NCBI GenBank assembly: GCA_964016885.1
Contig: OZ024740.1
Coordinates: 41,230,001-41,294,000, forward strand
DNA length: 64,000 nt
Origin: Eledone cirrhosa
Lineage: Eukaryota
Direction: 5' to 3'
Under the pieces are notes generated by a model. That model had not been told where the DNA came from. It searched no databases and was given only the letters and a program-made list of their open reading frames with translations. Each line of letters starts with the position of its first letter. Position 1 is the first letter of the stretch. Below are positions 40,601 to 56,200 of this stretch, piece by piece. The translations under genes and the position numbers were made by a program.

Positions 40601-43600
40601 TTTTTATTTGTTTTATGAATTAAAATAAAGTGTACATGAAAATAAATTTATTTTTATTTGTTTTATGTATCTAAATAAAGTGTACGTGAAGATAAATTTA
40701 TTTTTATTTGTTTTATGTATTAAAATAAAGTGTACGTGAAGATAAATTTATTTTTATTTGTTTTATGTATTTAAATAAAGTGTACGTGAAGATAAATTTA
40801 TTTTTATTTGTTTTATGTATTAAAATAAAGTGTACGTGAAGATAAATTTATTTTTATTTGTTTTATGTATTAAAATAAAGTGTACGTGAAGATAAATTTA
40901 TTTCTATTTGTTTTATGTATTAAAATAAAGTGTACGTGAAGATAAATTTATTTTTATTTGTTTTATGTATTAAAATAAAGTGTACGTGAAGATAAATTTA
41001 TTTTTATTTGTTTTATGTATTAAAATAAAGTGTACGTGAAGATAAATTTATTTTTATTTGTTTTATGTATTAAAATAAAGTGTACGTGAAGATAAATTTA
41101 CTTTTATTTGTTTTATGTATTAAAATAAAGTGTATGTGAAGATAAATTTACTTTTATTTGTTTTATGTATTAAAATAAAGTGTACGTGAAGATAAATTTA
41201 TTTTTATTTGTTTTATGTATCTAAATAAAGTGTACGTGAAGATAAATTTATTTTTATTTGTTTTATGTATTAAAATAAAGTGTACGTGAAGATAAATTTA
41301 TTTTTATTTGTTTTATGTATTAAAATAAAGTGTACGGAAGATAAATTTATTTTTATTTGTCTTATGTATTAAAATAATGTGTACGTGAAGATAAATTTAC
41401 TTTTATTTGTTTTATGTATTAAAATAAAGTGTACGTGAAGATAAATTTACTTTTATTTGTTTTATGTATTAAAATAAAGTGTACGTGAAGATAAATTTAC
41501 TTTTATTTGTTTTATGTATTAAAATAAAGTGTACGTGAAGATAAATTTACTTTTATTTGTTTTATGTATTAAAATAAAGTGTACGTGAAGATAAATTTAT
41601 TTTTATTTGTTTTATGTATTAAAATAAAGTGTACGTGAAGATAAATTTATTTTTATTTGTTTTATGTATTAAAATAAAGTGTACGTGAAGATAAATTTAT
41701 TTTTATTTGTTTTATGTATCTAAATAAAGTGTACGTGAAGATAAATTTATTTTTATTTGTTTTATGTATTAAAATAAAGTGTACGTGAAGATAAACTTAT
41801 TTTTATTTGTTTTATGTATTTAAATAAAGTGTACGTGAAGATAAATTTACTTTTATTTGTTTTATGTATTAAAATAAAGTGTACGTTAAGATAAATTTAT
41901 TTTTATTTGTTTTATGTATTAAAATAAAGTGTACGTGAAGATAAATTTATTTTTATTTGTTTTATGTATAAAAATAAAGTGTACGTGAAGATAAATTTAT
42001 TTTTATTTGTTTCATGTATTAAAATAAAGTGTACGTGAAGATAAATTTACTTTTATTTGTTTTATGTATTAAAATAAAGTGTACGTGAAGATAAATTTAC
42101 TTTTATTTGTTTTATGTATTAAAATAAAGTGTACGTGAAGATAAATTTATTTTTATTTGTTTTATGTATTAAAATAAAGTGTACGTGAAGATAAATTTAT
42201 TTTTATTTGTTTTATGTATTAAAATAAAGTGTACGTGAAGATAAATTTATTTTTATTTGTTTTATGAATTAAAATAAAGTGTACGTGAAGATAAATTTAC
42301 TTTTATTTGTTTTATGTATTAAAATAAAGTGTACGTGAAGATAAATTTACTTTTATTTGTTTCATGTATTAAAATAAAGTGTACGTGAAGATAAATTTAC
42401 TTTTATTTGTTTTATGTATTAAAATAAAGTGTACGTGAAGATAAATTTACTTTTATTTGTTTTATGTATTAAAATAAAGTGTACGTGAAGATAAATTTAT
42501 TTTTATTTGTTTTATGTATTAAAATAAAGTGTACGTGAAGATAAATTTATTTTTATTTGTTTTATGTATTAAAATAAAGTGTACGTGAAGATAAATTTAT
42601 TTTTATTTGTTTTATGTATCTAAATAAAGTGTACGTGAAGATAAATTTATTTTTATTTGTTTTATGTATTAAAATAAAGTGTACGTGAAGATAAATTTAT
42701 TTTTATTTGTTTTATGTATTTAAATAAAGTGTACGTGAAGATAAATTTACTTTTATTTGTTTTATGTATTAAAATAAAGTGTACGTTAAGATAAATTTAT
42801 TTTTATTTGTTTTATGTATTAAAATAAAGTGTACGTGAAGATAAATTTATTTTTATTTGTTTTATGTATAAAAATAAAGTTTACGTGAAGATAAATTTAT
42901 TTTTATTTGTTTTATGTATTAAAATAAATGTACGTGAAGATAAATTTATTTTTATTTGTTTTATATATTAAAATAAAGTGTACGTGAAGATAAATTTATT
43001 TTATTTGTTTTATGTATTAAAATAAAGTGTACGTGAAGATAGATTTATTTTTTATTTGTGTTATGTATTAAAATAAAGTGTACGTGAAGATAAATTTATT
43101 TTTATTTGTTTTATGTATTAAAATAAAGTGTACGTGAAGATAAATTTATTTTTATTTGTGTTATGTATTAAAATAAAGTGTACGTGAAGATACATTTATT
43201 TTTATTTGTTTTATGTATTAAAATAAAGTGTACGTGAAGATAAATTTATTTTTATTTGTCTTATGTATTAAAATAATGTGTACGTGAAGATAAATTTACT
43301 TTTATTTGTTTTATGTATTAAAATAAAGTGTACGTGAAGATAAATTTACTTTTATTTGTTTTATGTATTAAAATAAAGTGTACGTGAAGATAAATTTAAT
43401 TTTATTTGTTTTATGTATTAAAATAAAGTGTACGTGAAGATAAATTTACTTTTATTTGTTTTATGTATTAAAATAAAGTGTACGTGAAGATAAATTTATT
43501 TTTATTTGTTTTATGTATTAAAATAAAGTGTACATGAAAATAAATTTATTTTTATTTGTTTTATGTATCTAAATAAAGTGTACGTGAAGATAAATTTATT

Positions 43601-45858
43601 TTAATTTGTTTTATGTATTAAAATAAAGTGTACGTGAAGATAAATTTATTTTTATTTGTTTTATGTATTTAAATAAAGTGTACGTGAAGATAAATTTATT
43701 TTTATTTGTTTTATGTATTAAAATAAAGTGTACGTGAAGATAAATTTATTTTTATTTGTTTTATGTATTAAAATAAAGTGTACGTGAAGATAAATTTATT
43801 TCTATTTGTTTTATGTATTAAAATAAAGTGTACGTGAAGATAAATTTATTTTTATTTGTTTTATGTATTAAAATAAAGTGTACGTGAAGATAAATTTATT
43901 TTTATTTGTTTTATGTATTAAAATAAAGTGTACGTGAAGATAAATTTATTTTTATTTGTTTTATGTATTAAAATAAAGTGTACGTGAAGATAAATTTACT
44001 TTTATTTGTTTTATGTATTAAAATAAAGTGTATGTGAAGATAAATTTACTTTTATTTGTTTTATGTATTAAAATAAAGTGTACGTGAAGATAAATTTATT
44101 TTTATTTGTTTTATGTATCTAAATAAAGTGTACGTGAAGATAAATTTATTTTTATTTGTTTTATGTATTAAAATAAAGTGTACGTGAAGATAAATTTATT
44201 TTTATTTGTTTTATGTATTAAAATAAAGTGTACGGAAGATAAATTTATTTTTATTTGTCTTATGTATTAAAATAATGTGTACGTGAAGATAAATTTACTT
44301 TTATTTGTTTTATGTATTAAAATAAAGTGTACGTGAAGATAAATTTACTTTTATTTGTTTCATGTATTAAAATAAAGTGTACGTGAAGATAAATTTACTT
44401 TTATTTGTTTTATGTATTAAAATAAAGTGTACGTGAAGATAAATTTATTTTTATTTGTCTTATGTATTAAAATAATGTGTACGTGAAGATAAATTTACTT
44501 TTATTTGTTTTATGTATTAAAATAAAGTGTACGTGAAGATAAATTTATTTTTATTTGTTTTATGAATTAAAATAAAGTGTACGTGAAGATAAATTTACTT
44601 TTATTTGTTTTATGTATTAAAATAAAGTGTACGTGAAGATAAATTTATTTTTATTTGTTTTATGTATTAAAATAAAGTGTACGTGAAGATAAATTTATTT
44701 TTATTTGTTTTATGTATTAAAATAAAGTGTACGTGAAGATAAATTTATTTTTATTTGTGTTATGTATTAAAATAAAGTGTACGTGAAGATAAATTTATTT
44801 TTATTTGTTTTATGTATTAAAATAAAGTGTACGTGAAGATAAATTTATTTTTATTTGTTTTATGTATTAAAATAAAGTGTACGTGAAGATACATTTATTT
44901 TTATTTGTTTTATGTATTAAAATAAAGTGTACGTGAAGATAAATTTATTTTTATTTGTCTTATGTATTAAAATAATGTGTACGTGAAGATAAATTTACTT
45001 TTATTTGTTTTATGTATTAAAATAAAGTGTACGTGAAGATAAATTTACTTTTATTTGTTTTATGTATTAAAATAAAGTGTACGTGAAGATAAATTTACTT
45101 TTATTTGTTTTATGTATTAAAATAAAGTGTACGTGAAGATAAATGTATTTTTATTTGTTTTATGTATTAAAATAAAGTGTACGTGAAGATAAATTTATTT
45201 TTATTTGTTTTATGTATTAAAATAAAGTGTACGTGAAGATAAATTTATTTTTATTTGTTTTATGTATTAAAATAAAGTGTACGTGAAGATAAATTTATTT
45301 TTATTTGTTTTATGTATTAAAATAAAGTGTACGTGAAGATAAATTTATTTTTATTTGTTTTATGTATTAAAATAAAGTGTACGTGAAGATAAATTTATTT
45401 TTATTTGTTTTATGTATTAAAATAAAGTGTCCGTGAAGATAAATTTATTTTTATTTGTTTTATGTATTAAAATAAAGTGTACGTGAAGATAAATTTATTT
45501 TTATTTGTCTTATGTATTAAAATAATGTGTACGTGAAGATAAATTTACTTTTATTTGTTTTATGAATTAAAATAAAGTGTACGTGAAGATAAATTTACTT
45601 TTATTTGTTTTATGTATTAAAATCAAGTGTACGTGAAGATAAATTTACTTTTATTTGTTTTATGTATTAAAATAAAGTGTACGTGAAGATAAATTTATTT
45701 TTAATTGTTTTATGTATTTAAATAAAGTGTACGTGAAGATAAATTTATTTTTATTTGTTTTATGTATTAAAATAATGTGTACGTGAAGATAAATTTATTT
45801 TTATTTGTTTTATGTATTAAAATAAAGTGTACGTGAAGATAGATTTATTTTTATTTGT
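34673..45858. repeat. About 5.25-kb (105-monomer) duplication, copies offset by 5,946-5,947 bp because of a 700-bp duplication at the junction
   Basis: T-deletion gtacggaag at 35390/41336 and 38288/44234; aagtttacg 36935/42881; gataaatgta 39198/45145. Copy 1 has a private C deletion at about 38886. Confidence 0.88.
39505..40961. repeat. 14-monomer (700-bp) tandem duplication
   Basis: tcttatg 39561/40261, aaatcaag 39677/40377, gatagattt 39891/40591, tacatgaaa 39936/40636, tttcta 40201/40901. Confidence 0.88.
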
Positions 45859-46914
45859 GTTATGTATTAAAATAAAGTGTACGTGAAGATAAATTTATTT
45901 TTATTTGTTTTATGTATTAAAATAAAGTGTACGTGAAGATAAATTTATTTTTATTTGTTTTATGTATTAAAATAAAGTGTACGTGAAGATAAATTTATTT
46001 TTAATTGTTTTATGTATTTAAATAAAGTGTACGTGAAGATAAACTTATTTTTATTTGTTTTATGTATTAAAATAAAGTGTACGTGAAGATAAATTTATTT
46101 TTATTTGTTTTATGTATTAAAATAAAGTGTACGTGAAGATAGATTTATTTTTATTTGTGTTATGTATTAAAATAAAGTGTACGTGAAGATAAATTTATTT
46201 TTATTTGTTTTATGTATTAAAATAAAGTGTACGTGAAGATAAATTTATTCTTATTTGTTTTATGTATTAAAATAAAGTGTACGTGAAGATACATTTATTT
46301 TTATTTGTTTTATGTATTAAAATAAAGTGTACGTGAAGATAAATTTATTTTTATTTGTCTTATGTATTAAAATAATGTGTACGTGAAGATAAATTTACTT
46401 TTATTTGTTTTATGTATTAAAATAAAGTGTACGTGAAGATAAATTTACTTTTATTTGTTTTATGTATTAAAATAAAGTGTACGTGAAGATAAATTTACTT
46501 TTATTTGTTTTATGTATTAAAATAAAGTGTACGTGAAGATAAATTTACTTTTATTTGTTTTATGTATTAAAATAAAGTGTACGTGAAGATAAATTTATTT
46601 TTATTTGTTTCATGTATTAAAATAAAGTGTACGTGAAGATAAATTTATTTTTATTTGTTTTATGTATTAAAATAAAGTGTACGTGAAGATAAATTTATTT
46701 TTATTTGTTTTATGAATTAAAATAAAGTGTACGTGAAGATAGATTTATTTTTATTTGTTTTATGTATTAAAATAAAGTGTACGTGAAGATAAATTTATTT
46801 TTATTTGTTTTATGTATTAAAATAAAGTGTACGTGAAGATAAATTTATTTTTATTTGTTTTATGTATTAAAATAAAGTGTTCGTGAAGATAAATTTATTT
46901 TTATTTGTTTTATA

Positions 46915-49900
46915 TATTAAAATAAAGTGTACGTGAAGATAAATTTATTTTTATTTGTCTTATGTATTAAAATAATGTGTACGTGAAGATAAATTTACTT
47001 TTATTTGTTTTATGTATTAAAATAAAGTGTACGTGAAGATAAATTTACTTTTATTTGTTTTATGTATTAAAATAAAGTGTACGTGAAGATAAATTTACTT
47101 TTATTTGTTTTATGTATTAAAATAAAGTGTACGTGAAGATAAATTTACTTTTATTTGTTTTATGTATTAAAATAAAGTGTACGTGAAGATAAATTTATTT
47201 TTATTTGTTTTATGTATTAAAATAAAGTGTACGTGAAGATAAATTTATTTTTATTTGTTTTATGTATTAAAATAAAGTGTACGTGAAGATAGATTTATTT
47301 TTATTTGTGTTATGTATTAAAATAAAGTGTACGTGAAGATAAATTTATTTTTATTTGTTTTATGTATTAAAATAAAGTGTACGTGAAGATAAATTTATTT
47401 TTATTTGTTTCATGTATTAAAATAAAGTGTACGTGAAGATAAATTTATTTTTATTTGTTTTATGTATTAAAATAAAGTGTACGTGAAGATAAATTTATTT
47501 TTATTTGTTTTATGTATTAAAATAAAGTGTACTTGAAGATAAATTTATTTTTATTTGTTTTATGTATTAAAATAAAGTGTACGTGAAGATAAATTTATTT
47601 TTATTTGTTTTATGTATTAAAATAAAGTGTACGTGAAGATAAATTTATTTTTATTTGTTTTATGTATTAAAATAAAGTGTACGTGAAGATAAATTTATTT
47701 TTATTTGTTTTATGTATTAAAATAAAGTGTACGTGAAGATAAATTTATTTTTATTTGTTTTATGTATTTAAATAAAGTGTACGTGAAGATAAATTTATTT
47801 TTATTTGTTTTATGTATTAAAATAAAGTGTACGTGAAGATAAATTTATTTTTATTTGTTTTATGTATTAAAATAAAGTGTACGTGAAGATAAATTTATTT
47901 CTATTTGTTTTATGTATTAAAATAAAGTGTACGTGAAGATAAATTTATTTTTATTTGTTTTATGTATTAAAATAAAGTGTACGTGAAGATAAATTTATTT
48001 TTATATGTTTTATGTATTAAAATAAAGTGTACGTGAAGATAAATTTATTTTTATTTGTTTTATGTATTAAAATAAAGTGTACGTGAAGATAAATTTATTT
48101 TTAATTGTTTTATGTATTTAAATAAAGTGTACGTGAAGATAAACTTATTTTTATTTGTTTTATGTATTAAAATAAAGTGTACGTGAAGATAAATTTATTT
48201 TTATTTGTTTTATGTATTAAAATAAAGTGTACGTGAAGATAGATTTATTTTTATTTGTGTTATGTATTAAAATAAAGTGTACGTGAAGATAAATTTATTT
48301 TTATTTGTTTTATGTATTAAAATAAAGTGTACGTGAAGATAAATTTATTTTTATTTGTTTTATGTATTAAAATAAAGTGTACGTGAAGATACATTTATTT
48401 TTATTTGTTTTATGTATTAAAATAAAGTGTACGTGAAGATAAATTTATTTTTATTTGTCTTATGTATTAAAATAATGTGTACGTGAAGATAAATTTACTT
48501 TTATTTGTTTTATGTATTAAAATAAAGTGTACGTGAAGATAAATTTACTTTTATTTGTTTTATGTATTAAAATAAAGTGTACGTGAAGATAAATTTACTT
48601 TTATTTGTTTTATGTATTAAAATAAAGTGTACGTGAAGATAAATTTACTTTTATTTGTTTTATGTATTAAAATAAAGTGTACGTGAAGATAAATTTATTT
48701 TTATTTGTTTCATGTATTAAAATAAAGTGTACGTGAAGATAAATTTATTTTTATTTGTTTTATGTATTAAAATAAAGTGTACGTGAAGATAAATTTATTT
48801 TTATTTGTTTTATGAATTAAAATAAAGTGTACGTGAAGATAGATTTATTTTTATTTGTTTTATGTATTAAAATAAAGTGTACGTGAAGATAAATTTATTT
48901 TTATTTGTTTTATGTATTAAAATAAAGTGTACGTGAAGATAAATTTATTTTTATTTGTTTTATGTATTAAAATAAAGTGTTCGTGAAGATAAATTTATTT
49001 TTATTTGTTTTATATATTAAAATAAAGTGTACGTGAAGATAAATTTATTTTTATTTGTCTTATGTATTAAAATAATGTGTACGTGAAGATAAATTTACTT
49101 TTATTTGTTTTATGTATTAAAATAAAGTGTACGTGAAGATAAATTTACTTTTATTTGTTTTATGTATTAAAATAAAGTGTACGTGAAGATAAATTTACTT
49201 TTATTTGTTTTATGTATTAAAATAAAGTGTACGTGAAGATAAATTTACTTTTATTTGTTTTATGTATTAAAATAAAGTGTACGTGAAGATAAATTTATTT
49301 TTATTTGTTTTATGTATTAAAATAAAGTGTACGTGAAGATAAATTTATTTTTATTTGTTTTATGTATTAAAATAAAGTGTACGTGAAGATAGATTTATTT
49401 TTATTTGTGTTATGTATTAAAATAAAGTGTACGTGAAGATAAATTTATTTTTATTTGTTTTATGTATTAAAATAAAGTGTACGTGAAGATAAATTTATTT
49501 TTATTTGTTTTATGTATTAAAATAAAGTGTACGTGAAGATAAATTTATTTTTAATTGTTTTATGTATTTAAATAAAGTGTACGTGAAGATAAACTTATTT
49601 TTATTTGTTTTATGTATTAAAATAAAGTGTACGTGAAGATAAATTTATTTTTATTTGTTTTATGTATTAAAATAAAGTGTACGTGAAGATAGATTTATTT
49701 TTATTTGTGTTATGTATTAAAATAAAGTGTACGTGAAGATAAATTTATTTTTATTTGTTTTATGTATTAAAATAAAGTGTACGTGAAGATAAATTTATTT
49801 TTATTTGTTTTATGTATTAAAATAAAGTGTACGTGAAGATACATTTATTTTTATTTGTTTTATGTATTAAAATAAAGTGTACGTGAAGATAAATTTATTT

Positions 49901-52900
49901 TTATTTGTCTTATGTATTAAAATAATGTGTACGTGAAGATAAATTTACTTTTATTTGTTTTATGTATTAAAATAAAGTGTACGTGAAGATAAATTTACTT
50001 TTATTTGTTTTATGTATTAAAATAAAGTGTACGTGAAGATAAATTTACTTTTATTTGTTTTATGTATTAAAATAAAGTGTACGTGAAGATAAATTTACTT
50101 TTATTTGTTTTATGTATTAAAATAAAGTGTACGTGAAGATAAATTTATTTTTATTTGTTTTATGTATTAAAATAAAGTGTACGTGAAGATAAATTTATTT
50201 TTATTTGTTTTATGTATTAAAATAAAGTGTACGTGAAGATAGATTTATTTTTATTTGTGTTATGTATTAAAATAAAGTGTACGTGAAGATAAATTTATTT
50301 TTATTTGTTTTATGTATTAAAATAAAGTGTACGTGAAGATAAATTTATTTTTATTTGTTTCATGTATTAAAATAAAGTGTACGTGAAGATAAATTTATTT
50401 TTATTTGTTTTATGTATTAAAATAAAGTGTACGTGAAGATAAATTTATTTTTATTTGTTTTATGTATTAAAATAAAGTGTACTTGAAGATAAATTTATTT
50501 TTATTTGTTTTATGTATTAAAATAAAGTGTACGTGAAGATAAATTTATTTTTATTTGTTTTATGTATTAAAATAAAGTGTACGTGAAGATAAATTTATTT
50601 TTATTTGTTTTATGTATTAAAATAAAGTGTACGTGAAGATAAATTTATTTTTATTTGTTTTATGTATTAAAATAAAGTGTACGTGAAGATAAATTTATTT
50701 TTATTTGTTTTATGTATTTAAATAAAGTGTACGTGAAGATAAATTTATTTTTATTTGTTTTATGTATTAAAATAAAGTGTACGTGAAGATAAATTTATTT
50801 TTATTTGTTTTATGTATTAAAATAAAGTGTACGTGAAGATAAATTTATTTCTATTTGTTTTATGTATTAAAATAAAGTGTACGTGAAGATAAATTTATTT
50901 TTATTTGTTTTATGTATTAAAATAAAGTGTACGTGAAGATAAATTTATTTTTATATGTTTTATGTATTAAAATAAAGTGTACGTGAAGATAAATTTATTT
51001 TTATTTGTTTTATGTATTAAAATAAAGTGTACGTGAAGATAAATTTATTTTTAATTGTTTTATGTATTTAAATAAAGTGTACGTGAAGATAAACTTATTT
51101 TTATTTGTTTTATGTATTAAAATAAAGTGTACGTGAAGATAAATTTATTTTTATTTGTTTTATGTATTAAAATAAAGTGTACGTGAAGATAGATTTATTT
51201 TTATTTGTGTTATGTATTAAAATAAAGTGTACGTGAAGATAAATTTATTTTTATTTGTTTTATGTATTAAAATAAAGTGTACGTGAAGATAAATTTATTT
51301 TTATTTGTTTTATGTATTAAAATAAAGTGTACGTGAAGATACATTTATTTTTATTTGTTTTATGTATTAAAATAAAGTGTACGTGAAGATAAATTTATTT
51401 TTATTTGTCTTATGTATTAAAATAATGTGTACGTGAAGATAAATTTACTTTTATTTGTTTTATGTATTAAAATAAAGTGTACGTGAAGATAAATTTACTT
51501 TTATTTGTTTTATGTATTAAAATAAAGTGTACGTGAAGATAAATTTACTTTTATTTGTTTTATGTATTAAAATAAAGTGTACGTGAAGATAAATTTACTT
51601 TTATTTGTTTTATGTATTAAAATAAAGTGTACGTGAAGATAAATTTATTTTTATTTGTTTCATGTATTAAAATAAAGTGTACGTGAAGATAAATTTATTT
51701 TTATTTGTTTTATGTATTAAAATAAAGTGTACGTGAAGATAAATTTATTTTTATTTGTTTTATGAATTAAAATAAAGTGTACGTGAAGATAGATTTATTT
51801 TTATTTGTTTTATGTATTAAAATAAAGTGTACGTGAAGATAAATTTATTTTTATTTGTTTTATGTATTAAAATAAAGTGTACGTGAAGATAAATTTATTT
51901 TTATTTGTTTTATGTATTAAAATAAAGTGTTCGTGAAGATAAATTTATTTTTATTTGTTTTATATATTAAAATAAAGTGTACGTGAAGATAAATTTATTT
52001 TTATTTGTCTTATGTATTAAAATAATGTGTACGTGAAGATAAATTTACTTTTATTTGTTTTATGTATTAAAATAAAGTGTACGTGAAGATAAATTTACTT
52101 TTATTTGTTTTATGTATTAAAATAAAGTGTACGTGAAGATAAATTTACTTTTATTTGTTTTATGTATTAAAATAAAGTGTACGTGAAGATAAATTTACTT
52201 TTATTTGTTTTATGTATTAAAATAAAGTGTACGTGAAGATAAATTTATTTTTATTTGTTTTATGTATTAAAATAAAGTGTACGTGAAGATAAATTTATTT
52301 TTATTTGTTTTATGTATTAAAATAAAGTGTACGTGAAGATAGATTTATTTTTATTTGTGTTATGTATTAAAATAAAGTGTACGTGAAGATAAATTTATTT
52401 TTATTTGTTTTATGTATTAAAATAAAGTGTACGTGAAGATAAATTTATTTTTATTTGTTTTATGTATTAAAATAAAGTGTACGTGAAGATAAATTTATTT
52501 TTAATTGTTTTATGTATTTAAATAAAGTGTACGTGAAGATAAACTTATTTTTATTTGTTTTATGTATTAAAATAAAGTGTACGTGAAGATAAATTTATTT
52601 TTATTTGTTTTATGTATTAAAATAAAGTGTACGTGAAGATAGATTTATTTTTATTTGTGTTATGTATTAAAATAAAGTGTACGTGAAGATAAATTTATTT
52701 TTATTTGTTTTATGTATTAAAATAAAGTGTACGTGAAGATAAATTTATTTTTATTTGTTTTATGTATTAAAATAAAGTGTACGTGAAGATACATTTATTT
52801 TTATTTGTTTTATGTATTAAAATAAAGTGTACGTGAAGATAAATTTATTTTTATTTGTCTTATGTATTAAAATAATGTGTACGTGAAGATAAATTTACTT

Positions 52901-53110
52901 TTATTTGTTTTATGTATTAAAATAAAGTGTACGTGAAGATAAATTTACTTTTATTTGTTTTATGTATTAAAATAAAGTGTACGTGAAGATAAATTTACTT
53001 TTATTTGTTTTATGTATTAAAATAAAGTGTACGTGAAGATAAATTTACTTTTATTTGTTTTATGTATTAAAATAAAGTGTACGTGAAGATAAATTTATTT
53101 TTATTTGTTT
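46915..53110. repeat. 59-monomer (2,950-bp) tandem duplication
   Basis: acttgaag 47531/50481, ctatttg 47901/50851, ttatatg 48001/50951, aaactt 48144/51094 and 49594/52544, gtgttcgtg 48981/51931. Confidence 0.88.
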
Positions 53111-53292
53111 CATGTATTAAAATAAAGTGTACGTGAAGATAAATTTATTTTTATTTGTTTTATGTATTAAAATAAAGTGTACGTGAAGATAAATTTATTT
53201 TTATTTGTTTTATGTATTAAAATAAAGTGTACGTGAAGATAGATTTATTTTTATTTGTTTTATGTATTAAAATAAAGTGTACGTGAAGATAA

Positions 53293-56200
53293 ATTTATTT
53301 TTATTTGTTTTATGTATTAAAATAAAGTGTACGTGAAGATAAATTTATTTTTATTTGTCTTATGTATTAAAATAATGTGTACGTGAAGATAAATTTACTT
53401 TTATTTGTTTTATGTATTAAAATAAAGTGTACGTGAAGATAAATTTACTTTTATTTGTTTTATGTATTAAAATAAAGTGTACGTGAAGATAAATTTACTT
53501 TTATTTGTTTTATGTATTAAAATAAAGTGTACGTGAAGATAAATTTACTTTTATTTGTTTTATGTATTAAAATAAAGTGTACGTGAAGATAAATTTATTT
53601 TTATTTGTTTCATGTATTAAAATAAAGTGTACGTGAAGATAAATTTATTTTTATTTGTTTTATGTATTAAAATAAAGTGTACGTGAAGATAAATTTATTT
53701 TTATTTGTTTTATGAATTAAAATAAAGTGTACGTGAAGATAGATTTATTTTTATTTGTTTTATGTATTAAAATAAAGTGTACGTGAAGATAAATTTATTT
53801 TTATTTGTTTTATGTATTAAAATAAAGTGTACGTGAAGATAAATTTATTTTTATTTGTTTTATGTATTAAAATAAAGTGTTCGTGAAGATAAATTTATTT
53901 TTATTTGTTTTATATATTAAAATAAAGTGTACGTGAAGATAAATTTATTTTTATTTGTCTTATGTATTAAAATAATGTGTACGTGAAGATAAATTTACTT
54001 TTATTTGTTTTATGTATTAAAATAAAGTGTACGTGAAGATAAATTTACTTTTATTTGTTTTATGTATTAAAATAAAGTGTACGTGAAGATAAATTTACTT
54101 TTATTTGTTTTATGTATTAAAATAAAGTGTACGTGAAGATAAATTTACTTTTATTTGTTTTATGTATTAAAATAAAGTGTACGTGAAGATAAATTTATTT
54201 TTATTTGTTTTATGTATTAAAATAAAGTGTACGTGAAGATAAATTTATTTTTATTTGTTTTATGTATTAAAATAAAGTGTACGTGAAGATAGATTTATTT
54301 TTATTTGTGTTATGTATTAAAATAAAGTGTACGTGAAGATAAATTTATTTTTATTTGTTTTATGTATTAAAATAAAGTGTACGTGAAGATAAATTTATTT
54401 TTATTTGTTTTATGTATTAAAATAAAGTGTACGTGAAGATAAATTTATTTTTAATTGTTTTATGTATTTAAATAAAGTGTACGTGAAGATAAACTTATTT
54501 TTATTTGTTTTATGTATTAAAATAAAGTGTACGTGAAGATAAATTTATTTTTATTTGTTTTATGTATTAAAATAAAGTGTACGTGAAGATAGATTTATTT
54601 TTATTTGTGTTATGTATTAAAATAAAGTGTACGTGAAGATAAATTTATTTTTATTTGTTTTATGTATTAAAATAAAGTGTACGTGAAGATAAATTTATTT
54701 TTATTTGTTTTATGTATTAAAATAAAGTGTACGTGAAGATACATTTATTTTTATTTGTTTTATGTATTAAAATAAAGTGTACGTGAAGATAAATTTATTT
54801 TTATTTGTCTTATGTATTAAAATAATGTGTACGTGAAGATAAATTTACTTTTATTTGTTTTATGTATTAAAATAAAGTGTACGTGAAGATAAATTTACTT
54901 TTATTTGTTTTATGTATTAAAATAAAGTGTACGTGAAGATAAATTTACTTTTATTTGTTTTATGTATTAAAATAAAGTGTACGTGAAGATAAATTTACTT
55001 TTATTTGTTTTATGTATTAAAATAAAGTGTACGTGAAGATAAATTTATTTTTATTTGTTTCATGTATTAAAATAAAGTGTACGTGAAGATAAATTTATTT
55101 TTATTTGTTTTATGTATTAAAATAAAGTGTACGTGAAGATAAATTTATTTTTATTTGTTTTATGTATTAAAATAAAGTGTACGTGAAGATAGATTTATTT
55201 TTATTTGTTTTATGTATTAAAATAAAGTGTACGTGAAGATAAATTTATTTTTATTTGTTTTATGTATTAAAATAAAGTGTACGTGAAGATAAATTTATTT
55301 TTATTTGTTTTATGTATTAAAATAAAGTGTTCGTGAAGATAAATTTATTTTTATTTGTTTTATATATTAAAATAAAGTGTACGTGAAGATAAATTTATTT
55401 TTATTTGTCTTATGTATTAAAATAATGTGTACGTGAAGATAAATTTACTTTTATTTGTTTTATGTATTAAAATAAAGTGTACGTGAAGATAAATTTACTT
55501 TTATTTGTTTTATGTATTAAAATAAAGTGTACGTGAAGATAAATTTACTTTTATTTGTTTTATGTATTAAAATAAAGTGTACGTGAAGATAAATTTACTT
55601 TTATTTGTTTTATGTATTAAAATAAAGTGTACGTGAAGATAAATTTATTTTTATTTGTTTTATGTATTAAAATAAAGTGTACGTGAAGATAAATTTATTT
55701 TTATTTGTTTTATGTATTAAAATAAAGTGTACGTGAAGATAAATTTATTTTTATTTGTTTTATGTATTAAAATAAAGTGTACGTGAAGATAAATTTATTT
55801 TTATTTGTTTTATGTATTAAAATAAAGTGTACGTGAAGATAAATTTATTTTTATTTGTTTTATATATTAAAATAAAGTGTACGTGAAGATAAATTTATTT
55901 TTATTTGTTTATGTATTAAAATAAAGTGTACGTGAAGATAAATTTATTTCTATTTGTTTTTTGTATTAAAATAAAGTGTACGTGAAGATAAATTTATTTT
56001 TATTTGTTTTATGTATTAAAATAAAGTGTACGTGAAGATAAATTTATTTTTATTTGTTTTATGTATTAAAATAAAGTGTACGTGAAGATAGATTTATTTT
56101 TATTTGTGTTATGTATTAAAATAAAGTGTACGTGAAGATAAATTTATTTTTATTTGTTTTATGTATTAAAATAAAGTGTACGTGAAGATAAATTTATTTT

